Made by a program: the position numbers and the translations under genes. The notes below the pieces were generated by a model. The model had not been told where the DNA came from. It did not search any database and saw only the letters and a program-made list of their open reading frames with translations. Positions 1-12,763 of a DNA stretch of 64,000 nucleotides are shown in pieces (position 1 is the stretch's first letter; each line of letters begins with the position of its first letter). The stretch is taken from assembly GCA_951406725.2 (NCBI GenBank), contig OX597836.1, positions 27,714,001 to 27,778,000 of the forward strand, read 5' to 3'. This DNA comes from Octopus vulgaris. Taxonomy: Eukaryota.

Positions 1-1401
1 GTATTTTAGCCCCAGGAGACATCGTCTCCAGCTAGCTAAACGACACGATCTGTGTCCTTATATTTTCGAACAAGGGTATCTAGCAGCCCCACTCAACTCA
101 AAACAATATCTGTGTATCGCGATTTGCCTTTCATCCTTTCGGTGTCGATAAATTAAGTACCAGTTGCGTACTGGGGTCGATCTAATCGACTGGGTCACTC
201 CCCCAACATTTATTTATATACTCTTGTTAAATAGATAAGGCGGCGAGCTGGCAGAAACATTAGCACGCCGGGCGTGTATGTGTGTGCGCGCGTGCATCTG
301 TGTATGTGTGTGTGTGTGTGTGTGCGTGTGCGTGCGCGTGTGTGTCTGTGCGTGTATGTGTGTGTGCGTGTGTGTGTGTGTGTGTTTCACCGCCGCTTGG
401 CTATTGGTGTTGGTTTGTATTCGTCTCCAAAACTTTGCAGTTCGGCAAAGAGAACCCGATAGAATAAGGATCAAGCTAAAAAAAAAAAAAAAAAAAAAAC
501 GGGAGTAGATTTGTTCGATTAAAACCCCACCAAGTGGGTGCCCCAGCGTGGCCGGAGTCCAATGACTGAAACAAGCAAACGATGAAAGATTCCCTCCCAT
601 CGAAAATCGAAATACCTGTTTTCGTTTGTTTTCTTATATCATACGTCCATTATTATCGGTTGTTTTTGTTATCATTGCTCATCTTTCCTTTTCCAATTCC
701 GTAGTCGTAGTTGTTATTGTTCTTCTTATTATTATTGCTGTTGTTGTTGTTTTTATTATCTTGTGTTCTTGCCGAAGATGCCGTTGCTTATTGTAGAAGA
801 CGCCGTCGTCGTCGTCGTTATTCTTTTGTCGACATTATTGTCATGGCGTTTGCCTTTCTCGTTTTTCATTATCACACTTGTTTGCTTCTCTCATTTTTAA
901 CGGTTGCTTTTAATTGGTTGCTGCCTTTGCTCGCCTTTGTTTCCTCAAGTAATTAACTCTGATCACCTGACCGGATGTGAGGCGACCACTCGCAGATTAT
1001 TTTCTTTTCAATTATTAGACATATTTTCAATTTTTATCATCATCATTATTATTATTATTATTATTATTGTTATTATTATTGTTATTGCTTTACGTTCTTT
1101 TAGTTTTTATATTTTTGTCATTATTGTTCGCTCTACTGGATATCGCATTACACGATTTTTTTCATTTTTTTTTGTCATCAACAAGGCTTCAGCTTCATGG
1201 AAACACATGCACATTTGCGGACAAACACGTAGAGACTTATGTGCATTTATTTATCGCTATATCTATACGTATCTGTCTACATATCTACACACACAAACAC
1301 ACACATGCATACTCAATACGCTAATTGTCATATAGCCATTCGTCCAAAACATTAAACACACACACAGACATATGTGTGTCTGTATATATATATATATATA
1401 T

Positions 1402-1635
1402 TCAGATGAACATGCTACTTAAGTTGAGGCACCAGAATTTAGTATGGTATTATCCATGCAATTTCAAAGTAAGGTGATTAAAATTAAAACAAGCACTACA
1501 AGAATATCCAGAGGTAATGCAGGACGATCGTTTCATGCAACTCCATTTAATTGAACAATGAAATCATTACATCAATTTAAATTGATGTAATGATCGTACT
1601 GCAATACCTCTGGATATCCTTGTTGCTTATTTTGA
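1402..1635 (-). mobile_element. Penelope-like pLTR-type short element with internal inversion (related copy at ~60960-61165, + strand)
   Basis: 1402-1580 is the reverse complement of ~61000-61165 and contains the 3' half of a hammerhead (GAAA-CGATCG-TC on minus). 1563-1594 is a palindrome, after which the arm is repeated in inverted orientation. Flanked by (TA)n. Confidence 0.55.
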
Positions 1636-1649
1636 AATATATATATGTG

Positions 1650-1818
<169 letters not shown>

Positions 1819-1837
1819 GTATATGTATATATATACT

Positions 1838-2085
1838 TATGTTCAATCATTTCCGACCTGTGGGCCTATGTCGAACGATTGCCGTCGCGTGTGGGACGAG
1901 TTGGTTTATCAACCGAGTCTATTGTGAATATTGTCGTGCCTCCTTCCTTGAAACGGGTAGGAAGAGCCCTTTTCATCGTACTTGGCTATGGCGAAAGAAT
2001 GTGTATGGTGGACGCGTCTGAAAGGTCTAGAGACAAAGACTTTCCTCTCTGGCCAATCTCTCATCAAATTCTTCAAGTATCATTT
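1838..2085 (+). mobile_element. Tx1/L1-like LINE ORF2 C-terminal fragment, frameshifted
   Basis: Two frames join to give ..[42 protein letters not shown], resembling the W...AK..IW..R region after the zinc knuckle of Tx1/L1 ORF2. Embedded in microsatellite. Confidence 0.5.
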
Positions 2086-4812
2086 GTGTATATGTGTACG
2101 CGTGTGTGTGTGTGTATGTGTGTGTGCGTGTGTATGTGTGTGTATGTTTGTGTGTTCTTTTGTCTATGTCCCCCACCGCCGCATGACATCTGGTGTTGGC
2201 TTCTTTACGTACCCGTAAACTAGCGGTTCGTCAAAAGAAACCGATAGAATTATTACCATGCTTTTAAGAAAAAGTCCTGTGGTTGATTCGTTCGACTAAA
2301 AATGCTCCAAAGTGGTGCCCCAGCATGGCCAAAGTCTAATGATTGAAACAAACAAAAAATAAAGCTAAAAAGTATATATGTGTGTGTGTGTGTATGTGTG
2401 TGTGTGTGTATATGTGTGTGTGTTTGTGTGTGTGTGTATGTATATATATATGTGTGAGTTTGTGTGTGTGTGTGTGTGTGTATGTATCACACACATACAC
2501 ACACCGCCTCGTCTATCTATATATATGTATCTCTATTCATTCGTGGAGGATGCTTCACTCTGTCACTGCACAGAATACAATCCTTCCAACGCCAAAAATT
2601 ATTTACCAAAACGTAATCACGAGCACCCGCGAGGGGCACTGACGCGCCTGTATGACAGTCATATCCATATGTCTGAAGTCTTCCTACACAATAAAGCCCC
2701 GTGGTGGGACTACACAAATGAAGTATACTGTGTTAGGATTCGTTTAATATCCATTGGTATAAAATGTATTCCTCTCATTTGTATAGTTAAAATAGCACTG
2801 GAGAACCATGAACTAATGATGGGTGATGGGTGGTGGGCACGGTTGGGGTAAGCCAAAAGAAAACTAAAACACATAAGCAACTGTATTTCAGAATAACCAC
2901 AGAAAGTCTAGAAGTGCCGATGGCATAAACATAATCGCTTTCTGTTGTTTTCATTGGTTTCAATGAATGCACCAGAAACAAAACACAAATGGCGGATGTT
3001 ATCTCGAAACACAATGAAAATATTTCAATACAAAGGATTACACCTCGGTCATTGGAACAAAAATAAAATCTGATGCATTAGCCATTAGCGAGAGAATCAA
3101 ACTTTGTGATGAATATTAATTAGCACAGCCAACCTAAATGGGATGTGTTTTCTTTAGAAAGTTTCAAAAAAGTACACGCGTCATTCGAGCCACCATCAAA
3201 ATCAGGAAATGTTTTTATCCCATTCTCCGCTATGTGTCCTAACAAGATATATTCTACGCCATCTTTTAAAACAGCACAAAGCAATGTCTGAACGAAGTGT
3301 GTCGCTGTTAGCCACTACACTATAATAGCAGTGGTTCTCAAATGGAGTTCATGTACGCTTGGGGGTCCATATAAGGCTTTTTTGTTGAAATTTATCTGCA
3401 AAAAATTGCTTATACTTCAACGATATACTATTTTAACATTTTTTTTAATGATGGACTCCCTCGTAGAAGACGACGTATGAGCGTTCATTTTTTTGCCGAA
3501 CGACCTGCACAAATGATTTGTTTATAATGATCAAAAGTTCGTGCCGTACTTTAGTTCACTTTCTCCATCAAATCAACGTTGCCTGAAGGGGTGTGTACGG
3601 TGTGCCACGCGTCAAGTATCGAAATGATTGTCGAGCAACGTGAGATGAAGTGTTTTGTTAAACAAAAACCACAACGCACCACCCGATCTAGGAATTGAAA
3701 TGACGATCTGGCGATCATGAGCGCAACACCCGAACCACTAGGCCATGCGCCCTCACATTTTATTTTATATAGACCCTGATAATGTTAAATCATAGAAAAT
3801 ATATGATTTTTTAAAAACATCAGATAGCTGTGGTGGGGGGCATCTGAGTAACATAGGAACCAAAAAAGGTCAATAAGGAAAAATGGCTGAGAAACACTGG
3901 ATCAAACCAATCCTGTCCAGACTCTCCTCAACAATCCACAAAAATAAGTACTATATAAAAAAAAACAAGGCAAAAAACTATACATCAGAGCAGGATGTGC
4001 ACTGCCCTCCACTCACAGACTACTACAGAACAAAACAAAATATTGGCTTCAAATATTGGCACAAGACCAGCAGGAGGGAGAGAGTCGATTAGGGTTTACA
4101 TCGCCCCTCCCCCAGTGTTCAATTGGTACTTTATTTTATCGACCTCGAAAAAGATGAATGGCGGAGTTTGAAGTCAGAACGTGAAAACTGACGAAATGCT
4201 GGTTTGTCCAATGTGCTAACCATTCTGCCAAGCTCACAGCCTTTAACAGAACAGAAATACTAGTTTCAAATTTTGACACAGAATAAGATAAACTGAAGGA
4301 GAGAGTACATCTTTAGATTTGACACACAACACCGATACTGTTCACCATTGTGCTGTGTGCTCCCCCCCCCCCATGAGGATTGTTATTACTAGGAAGATGC
4401 ATCTGTGGAATACCTTCCGTCGTTCGGCGAAGATAGACTTTTGAGGGGACAACTGAACAGAACAGGCCCAGGGCTAAACACCGAAAATAAAAATAAGTAG
4501 ATTCTCAGATAACTACAAGAACGTGAATGAAATCTGTCCACGCAAAAGTCAAAACAACTTGGATCAATCGAAAGAATTCCTCAAATTATAAATAATGAGA
4601 TAATTAAAAGCAAAAAATAGTAGCCAAAATTAAAAGACAATCCAAGAACATGTTTTCCAGATGCTCAACCAAACATAAATACCCTCAAGTGGGGATTTAT
4701 TTTGTCTCCATAGCAATTCCTAGTGAAGAGGAATTCAAGACAATGTCAGCTTTCACCCACGCGATGAAAACATCGATGAAAAGAATATATGGAATAATAT
4801 ATATACTTACTT

Positions 4813-4846
<34 letters not shown>

Positions 4847-5565
4847 ATTTTCTGTTGACACCCCCCTTTTCCTTTTCTTCGTTTCTTTGATGACGAAGCT
4901 CTGTTTTTTCTTTCTTTCTTTCTTTCTTTCTAAATTTGATTTTTTATATATTTAATATTGTTCTTTTTTCTTTCTGTTTTTTTTTTCTGGTAAGTATACG
5001 TTGCTAAATAAAAATCTATTTTATATCTAAAATGAAAATTTAACCAAAGAATTGACAATAAAACAACCATCTTTATTCTGTGGAAAAGTGGGGAAAAAAA
5101 TCAAAGAAAAAGTAATATTTGTCAGCTGATATATAATAATGTCAAGAAATTGAAAGATTTTGGAAAATCAAGATTTTTTTTTTTTTTAACAAATTGATTC
5201 TAATAAAAAGGGATTCATTTCGTTGCAAAAATACAATTCCATTGGAATAAATTCTTTGAAACAATACTTTAAAAAATATATCAAGAATATCACAGTGGAA
5301 GATAAACGAATGAGAGCAGCAACAGTTTTGTAATAGCGTGGAATGAAAATGTACAATGTTGTTCTATTTGTTACAGTCTTTGGAGTGCGGCCAAGCAGGG
5401 GCACCGTCCTGAAGGGGTTTAGTCAAACTAATCTAACTCAGTGTTTATTTTATTTAAGCCTCATGCTGGTTCTATAGGTCTCTTTTGCCGAACCGCTAAG
5501 TTTCGGAGACGTAAACAAACAAACAAACCAACTCAGGTTGTCAAGCGGTAGTGTGGGACAAACAC

Positions 5566-5651
<86 letters not shown>

Positions 5652-6239
5652 ACATATATATATATGCACACAGACACACGCATATATTAAATACTTAATC
5701 TTAAGGCAGCGAGCTGGAAGAAACATTAGCACGCCGGGAAAATGCTTCCTTCAGTTTCCGTCTGCTGAGCCCACTCACAAGGATTTTGTCGGTCCAAGGC
5801 TACAGTAAGAAGATATTTGTCCAAAGTGCCATGCAGTGAGACTGAACCCGGAACCGTGTGGTTGGAGAGCAAGCGTCTTACCAAACAACCACACCTGCTG
5901 CTCCCCATTGTAAACGGTACCAGCTTCTGTACGCTAGATATATCCTATGCTTACGCCTTTTATATCACATTTACTGTTACGTTTATTTCGGAACTGTTTG
6001 TGGGTTTTAGATTTTTTTTCGGTTTCAGTTTTTCAAATTTTCTTATAAATTCATTACGCTGAAGCTGTACCTAATTACAGTTATGATTTTTTTTGTTTTG
6101 TTTTTGCATTTATAAATTTTCATTCATAAAACATGGTGGCCATAAAGTCACACACCATCCTGCGAGACATTGTGAAATGGCTAACATTCTCTAGGGTTTT
6201 TTTATCTCTTTTCACAACTGCCAATATTACTCACAAACC

Positions 6240-6700
6240 AATCCTCATTGGATGAGGGCAGATAATCAACAAGGCGGGATCAAGGTAATGGTGTGGTGTG
6301 GGATTTGGCACGATCAAGTAATTGGACCATTTTATTTTAAGGGCTCTGTGACAGGTGTTTCGTATCTGGACATATTTGGCAACAAGATGATGCCTCACGT
6401 GCATTTACTTGGAAGGGGAAACCCTGTCTAGTTTCAGCAGGATGGGGCTCCGCCCCTTTATGCATTACAGGTTTGTGATTTTCTGAATTAGCATTTTCGC
6501 GGGCCAATTTAATGGGCAACACGGTCACCAGATTTAACTGCCATGGACTTTTTCTTCGGGGGCTACATTAAATCCCTTGTGTTTTCTTTAAAGATTCGTG
6601 ACCAAGGACATCTTCAAAGAATTGTTGAAACGTGTGAACAAGCCAATGGCAAGGAAGAGCTATTGGAGAGGGTTCATCGCAATTTCAAATTCCGTATGAA
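6240..6700 (+). mobile_element. Decayed Tc1/mariner-superfamily transposase fragment (DDD catalytic region)
   Basis: Translates with stops/frameshifts to VMVWCGIWHDQVIGPFYF..FQQDGAPP..RSPDLTAMDFFFGGYIKSLVF. Confidence 0.8.
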
Positions 6701-6814
6701 CTTATCCTATTGATATCAAGTCTAATTTCACATGATACAACCTTGGCTACTAACTAGATTTGATCTTTCAGTCAGCTGATATCCGTGGAAGAAATGTGTA
6801 CAGATTAAATATTT

Positions 6815-7378
6815 TCTACTCTAGGCACAAGGCCAGAAATTTGTGGGGAGGGACAAGTCAATTAGATCGACCCTAATACGCAACTGATACTTAATTTATC
6901 GACCCCGAAAGAATGAAAAGCAAAGCCGACCTCGGCGAAATTTGAACTCAGAACGTAAAGACAGATGAAATACTTATTTCTTTACTACCCACAAGGGGCT
7001 AAACACAGAGATGACAGAAAAACGGATTAAGTCGGTTACATCGACCCCAGTGCGTAACTGGTACTTAATTTATTGACCCCGAAAGAATGAAAGGCAAAGT
7101 CGATCTAGGCGGAATTCGAACTCAGAACGTAGACAGATGAAATACTTATTTCTTTACTACCCACAAGGGGCTAAACACAGAGAGGACTAACAAGGACAGA
7201 CAAACGGATTAAGTCGATTACATCGGCCCCAGTACGTAACTGGTACTTAATTTATCGACCCCGAAAGAATGAAAGGCAAAGTCGACCTCGGCGGAATTTG
7301 AACTCAGAACGTAACGGCAGACGAAATACCCGCTAAGCATTTCGCCTGGCATGCTAACCATTCTGCCAACTCGCCGCC
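6815..7378 (-). mobile_element. SINE family B with tandemly reiterated internal unit
   Basis: Three copies of ..GACCCCGAAAGAATGAAAGGCAAAGTCGACCTCGGCGGAATTTGAACTCAGAACG.. at ~180 bp period, with head GGCGGCGAGTTGGCAGAA on minus. The core GCCTTTCATCCTTTCGGGGTCGATAAA..AAGTACC resembles the Meta-SINE domain. More than 15 copies occur in the window. Confidence 0.8.
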
Positions 7379-8077
7379 TTGTACAGAATAAGTACCAATT
7401 AACGTAGTAGAAGAAGAGTAACAGTATCTGCGAAAAGTACAATATTATTTCTGCTGTTTTTTACCTGTAGTCTATAGAACTTCCGATGTAAATGGCGGCG
7501 ATATTATTCAGAGTTGTATACAACAGCGATAAGCAATAGAGAATATTCAATGAATCTTTTCAAAGAAAATGACAGAGTGATAGATGAAGTAATCTAGAAG
7601 CAACTGTTTATTATAGCCAGACTGTCAGAACAGAGAATTAGATTAGTAATGCAGAGGTTCTGGAAATTAATCGACGAGAACAAAGCTTTTCATTTTGTTA
7701 TTGATAAGAAAATGTGATTCGGCCGAGGTTTACTTTGGATTTCATCTTTCCAGGTCGATAAATCAAGTACCAGTTGAGTACTGGGGTCTATGTAATCGAC
7801 TTAGCCCCCTCCTCCAAAATTTCGGGCCGCCTTCTGCCTATAGTAGAAAGGATTATTATTAAAGTGGCGATCTGGCAGAATCGTTAGCACGCCGAACAAA
7901 ATGCTTAGTGGCATTTCGTCCGTCTTTACGTTCTGAGTTCAAATCCCGCCGAGGCCGACTTTGCCTTCCATCCTTGGTGGGGGTCGATAAAATTAGTAGC
8001 AACTGAGCACTGGAGTCGATGTAGCCGACTAGTCCCATCCCTGAAGAATTTCAAACCCTGTGCCGATAGCTGAAGGG

Positions 8078-8128
<51 letters not shown>

Positions 8129-8130
<2 letters not shown>

Positions 8131-8448
8131 TTAGTTTTTCAGTAGTTTTTTATAGCGTGCTTTCACTTCACTACCGAGCGCAGCTCTGTGTGCCGTGGGT
8201 ATGTGCTGTGATTTGTTGTGATGCTCTGATGGTTATTGTATGGAAAGTGTTCTGCGTAGGATGTGTGCAGTGCCCAGTAGTGCAATTTTCTGTATGTTAT
8301 ATGTGTTTGTAAGTCCTGGTGTTTTTGTTATGTATTTGTCTGAATATTTTTTTATCATGCCTAATGCACCTACTATGATAGGGATTGTTTCCGTTTTTAG
8401 ATTCCACATTCTGGTTAACTCTATTTCCAGGTCTTTGTATTTTGAAAG

Positions 8449-8454
<6 letters not shown>
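8129..8454 (-). mobile_element. R4/Dong-like non-LTR retrotransposon 3' end (RLE C-terminus + 3'UTR), 5'-truncated, inside (TAA)n
   Basis: KLSKYKDLEIELTRMWNLKTETIPIIVGALGMI..IQKIALLGTAHILRRTLSIQ*. (ATT)n tracts on both sides. Confidence 0.8.
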
Positions 8455-8511
<57 letters not shown>

Positions 8512-8782
8512 CATCATCATCATCATTATTATCATTATTATTATTATTATTATCATTATTATTATCATTATTATTAAGCTGGCAGAATCGTTAGTATGCT
8601 GGACAAAATGCTTAGCTGCACTTCGTGCGGCTTTACGTTCCTAGTTCAAATTGCATCGAGGTCGACTTTACTTTTTATCCTTTCGGAGTTGGTTAAAATA
8701 AGTGCTAGTCATGTACTGGGGTCGATGTAATAGCCTTTCCCCTAAAATTTCAGGCCTTGTGCCTTGAGTGGAAAGGAATTGC

Positions 8783-9282
8783 GGTAGTCCGTCGGTTACG
8801 ACGACGAGTGTTCCAGTTGATCCGATCAACGGAACAGCCTGCTCGTAAAATTAACGTGTAAGTGGCTGAATACTCCACAGACGCGTGGAAGCTTTAATTA
8901 TAGATACATGGCGTACATAACATGTAGAATGATTGGCAGCAATAACAGATGAAGCTGCAAAATGGCTGGTGGCAAGTTGTGCATCTTTTTCAGGCTTTCA
9001 ATTTGCGAAACTTTTCGAAGTTGCTTTAGTCAGATTCAGTGTGACACAGTGTGTGACAAGGCTGGCCCCCTTCGAATTACAGGTACAACAGAAACAGGAA
9101 GAAAGAGTGAGAGAAAACACTTGTGAAAGAGTACAAAAGGGTTCGCCACCGCCCCCTGCCGGAGCCTCGTGGAGCTTTAAGTGTTTTCGCTCAATAAACA
9201 CTTACAACTCGCGGTCTGAGAATCGAAACCGCGATCCTACGACCGCGAGTCCGCTGCCCTAACCACTGGGCCGTTGCACCTC
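8783..9282 (-). mobile_element. tRNA-derived SINE family C, interrupted by a 142-bp insertion
   Basis: Head on minus has an A-box (TGGCCCAGTGG) and B-box-like GGTTTCGATTC. Body matches copies at 25917, 35318, 59530-60575 and 62668-63022. Confidence 0.8.
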
Positions 9283-9803
9283 CTCAGCAGACAGGATCAA
9301 GTAATTGTGAATGGTATACCGTTACATCAGATAATTTTGCTGCAGTAAAACTATAAGAATCATACTTTCAGCTAGTGGGAATGCTCGTTCAGCTAAGCAT
9401 GAGCATCATGTAGGACTAACTGAATGTAAAATTCCTTTCGTAGTTGAGTTCGACTTTATTTTATTGTAACAAGAGAAGAATCTTTAATTATAGATACATG
9501 GCGTACATAACATGTAGAATGGCTGGCAGCAATAACAGATGAAGCGGCAAAATGGCTGGTGGCAAGTTGTGCATCTTTCCAGGTTTTCAACTTTTGCGAA
9601 ACTTTTCGAAGTTGATTTAGTCAGCGAAAGGAAACGGCTGTAGGCTGTTTCAGATGAAAGAAGCTGTAGTACAATGGCCGCCGACAAATGAGCTGCACTC
9701 GTAGTGATTTGTGGCTGTAATGAATGTGATAATGTGGTTTGTTTCATGGCTGTTATATACAAGGGTGGGCAAAGGGAGGTACGCAGTTATGATTATTATG
9801 ATA

Positions 9804-9968
9804 GGCGCAGGAGTGGCTGTGTGGAAAGTAGCTTGCTAACCGACCACATGGTTCCGGGTTCAGTCCCACTGCGTGGCATCTTGGGCAAGTGTCTTCTGCT
9901 ATAGCCCCGGGCCGACCAATGCCTTGTGAGTGGATTTGGTAGACGGAAACTGAAAGAAGCCTGTCGTA

Positions 9969-10028
<60 letters not shown>

Positions 10029-10263
10029 GTATGCGTGTGTAGGTGTTTGTGTGTCTGTGTTTGTCCCCCTAGCATTGCTTGACAACCGATGCTGGTGTGT
10101 TTACGTCCCTGTAACCTAGCGGTTCGGCAAAAGAGACCGATAGAAAAAGTACTGGACTTACAAAGAATAAGTGCCGGGGTCGATTTGCTCGACTAAAGGC
10201 GGTGCTCCAGCATGGCCGCAGTCAAATGACTGAAACAAGTAAAAGAGTAAAAGAGTAAAAGAG
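9804..10263 (+). mobile_element. tRNA-derived SINE family A, full length, with internal (TA)n/(TG)n tract
   Basis: GGCGCAGGAGTGGCTGTGTGG..GGTTCAGTCCC (A/B boxes), CORE-like CTTGGGCAAGTG, tail (GTAAAAGA)n. Near-identical copies at 20826, 34666, 36183 and 48876. Confidence 0.85.
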
Positions 10264-10338
10264 TGTCTTATAAAAAGAATTAGATAAAAAGAACACAAAA
10301 TCATAAAATTCTTATCGTCAAACGGAAATAGAGACAAA

Positions 10339-10496
10339 GGCGCAGGAGTGGCAGTGTGAGAAGAAGCTAGCTTCCCAACCACATGGTTCAAGGTTAAGTC
10401 CCACTGCGTGGCACCTTGGGCAAGTTCCTCTACTATAGCCTCGGGCTGACCAAAGCCTTGCGAGTGGATTTTGTAGATGGAAACTGAAAGAAGCCC

Positions 10497-10547
<51 letters not shown>

Positions 10548-10652
10548 AGAGTTAACGAAAAAAACAAAAGACGAAGACAGGTGGTGTACAAAACAAACAG
10601 ATGTATTAGTATAACGCTCAGGAATTGAAAAAGTCTTTAACATACATATGTG

Positions 10653-10710
<58 letters not shown>

Positions 10711-10735
10711 TGCATGTATGTATGTATGTATATAT

Positions 10736-10769
<34 letters not shown>

Positions 10770-10990
10770 GTACGTATTTGTTATTTATGTCTGTGTCGTT
10801 CCATCATCGCTTGGCACCCGGTTTTGGTGTGTTTAAGTCCCCGTCACTTAGCGGTTCGGTAAAAAAAGAGACCAATGGAATAAGTACTAGGCTTACAAAG
10901 AATAAGTCCTGGAGTCGATTTGTTCGACTAAATGCGGTGCTCCAGCATGGCCGCAGTCAAAATGACTGAAATAAATAAAGAATAAAAGAA
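10339..10990 (+). mobile_element. SINE family A copy with a nested Penelope-like fragment (10543-10641) in its internal microsatellite
   Basis: 5' and 3' halves of family A flank (TA)n. 10543-10641 matches 40757-40850 and the reverse complement of 49715-49810. Confidence 0.75.
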
Positions 10991-11029
10991 AAGGAAGAAC
11001 ATGTAAAGAACACCCCACTCATCTGCTTT

Positions 11030-11660
11030 TACTCTAAGCACAAGAACTGAAATGTTGAGGGATGGGGTCAATCCATTAGATTGACCCCAGTACACAACTG
11101 GTATTAAATTTATTAAACCCGAAAGGATCAAAGGCAAAGTCGACCAGGGCAGAGTTTGAACTCAGAACGTAACGGCAAACGAAATACCGCCGAGCATTTT
11201 GCCCGGCGTGCTAACGATTCTGCCAGCTCGCCGCCTTAAACGTAAAGACAGACAAAATACCTATTTCTTTACTACCCACAATGGGCTAAACACAGAGAGG
11301 ACAAACAAGGAAATACAAACGGATTAAGTCGATTATATCGACCCCAGTGCATAACTGGTACCTATTTAATCGATCCGAAAGGATGAAAGGCAAAGTCGAC
11401 CTGGGCGGAATTTGAACTCAGAACGTAGCAGCAGACGAAATACCTATTGCTTTACTACCCACAAGAGGACAAACAAGGACAGACAAACGGATTAAGTCGA
11501 TTAAATTGACCCCTGTACGTAACTGGTACTTAATTTATCGATCCCGAAAGGATGAAAGGTAAAGTCGACCTCGGCGGAATTTGAACTCAGAACGTAACGG
11601 CAGACGAAATACGGCTACGCATTTCGCCCGGCGTGCTAACGTTTCTGCCAGCTCGCCTCC
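11030..11660 (-). mobile_element. SINE family B tandem cluster
   Basis: Three repeats of the GGATGAAAGGCAAAGTCGACC..TTTGAACTCAGAACG unit with two heads. Confidence 0.8.
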
Positions 11661-11872
11661 TTGGCATCCCACTCATATTAAGCCACTGTACACCTACTAT
11701 CATTATCATCATCATCATCATCGTCGTCGTCGTCGTCGTCGTCATCGTTACCATCATATTCACAATCTCTTTTTCATCATAATCATCTTCTTTATTGATA
11801 TCGTCATTATGATCATCATCATCATCATCATCATCATAATCATTGATTTTAGTTGTTTCATTTGCATTACAG

Positions 11873-12062
11873 GAGATCGATGAAAATCCCACGTTTACAG
11901 GTGTCGGCGGCACGTGCCAGTGGCCGTTTCCTTGGGTGCTGTGGCGCGGAAGAGGATGGTTTCATGGAGCTATGGCAATCGCATCCCTAAGCGTCAAGTG
12001 TTTGGAAAAAGTCATCCCTGGTTACCGAAAATTCGAAGAATCATTCCAGGAAGATTACTTTG
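11873..12062 (+). CDS. Calpain-like protein, CysPc exon A (catalytic-Cys region; Cys replaced by Gly)
   Basis: Acceptor tttgcattacAG, phase 0. EIDENPTFTGVGGTCQWPFPWVLWRGRGWFHGAMAIASLSVKCLEKVIPGYRKFEESFQEDYF(G) aligns to calpain EI..NPQF..QG.LGDCWLLAAIASL..L.RVVP..QSFQE.YAG. Donor G|GTACGG, phase 1. Confidence 0.88.
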
Positions 12063-12099
12063 GTACGGCGTTTTATTGCTGTTCTTGTTGCTTTTACAG

Positions 12100-12187
<88 letters not shown>

Positions 12188-12207
12188 CATCATCATCATC
12201 ATCAACA

Positions 12208-12274
<67 letters not shown>

Positions 12275-12350
12275 CATCATCATCATCATCAACATCATCA
12301 TTATTATTATTTTTATTATTATTATAATTATTATTATTATTATTATTATT

Positions 12351-12381
<31 letters not shown>

Positions 12382-12386
12382 ACATC

Positions 12387-12457
<71 letters not shown>

Positions 12458-12715
12458 CATCATCATCATCATCATCATTATTATTATTATTATCGTTGTT
12501 GTTGTTATTGTTAAGGCAGCGAATTGAGAGAAACGTCTGCACGCCGGGCGATATACTTAGCGGTACTTCGGTCGTCTTCACGTTGTGAGTTCAAGTGACG
12601 CTGAGGTCGACTTTGCCTTTCATCCTTTCGGGGTCAATGAAATATGTGCCAGTTATGCACTGAAATCGACAATCCCCCTCCCTCAAATTTCAGGCCTTGT
12701 GCTTATAAAAGAACG

Positions 12716-12762
<47 letters not shown>

Positions 12763-12763
<1 letters not shown>

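Noticed and set aside
2520-3330. Non-repetitive stretch with short Cys/Trp-containing ORFs
   Set aside because: No recognisable domain or consistent splice signals; possibly an old transposon relic, but unsupported.
6815-7378. CRISPR-like repeat array
   Set aside because: The units are ~180-bp SINE segments with homologous rather than unique spacers, in eukaryotic context with no cas genes.
11843-12514. 223-aa ORF as a single-exon gene
   Set aside because: Only 11873-12062 is calpain-like and bounded by splice sites; the rest is intronic ATT/CAT repeat.
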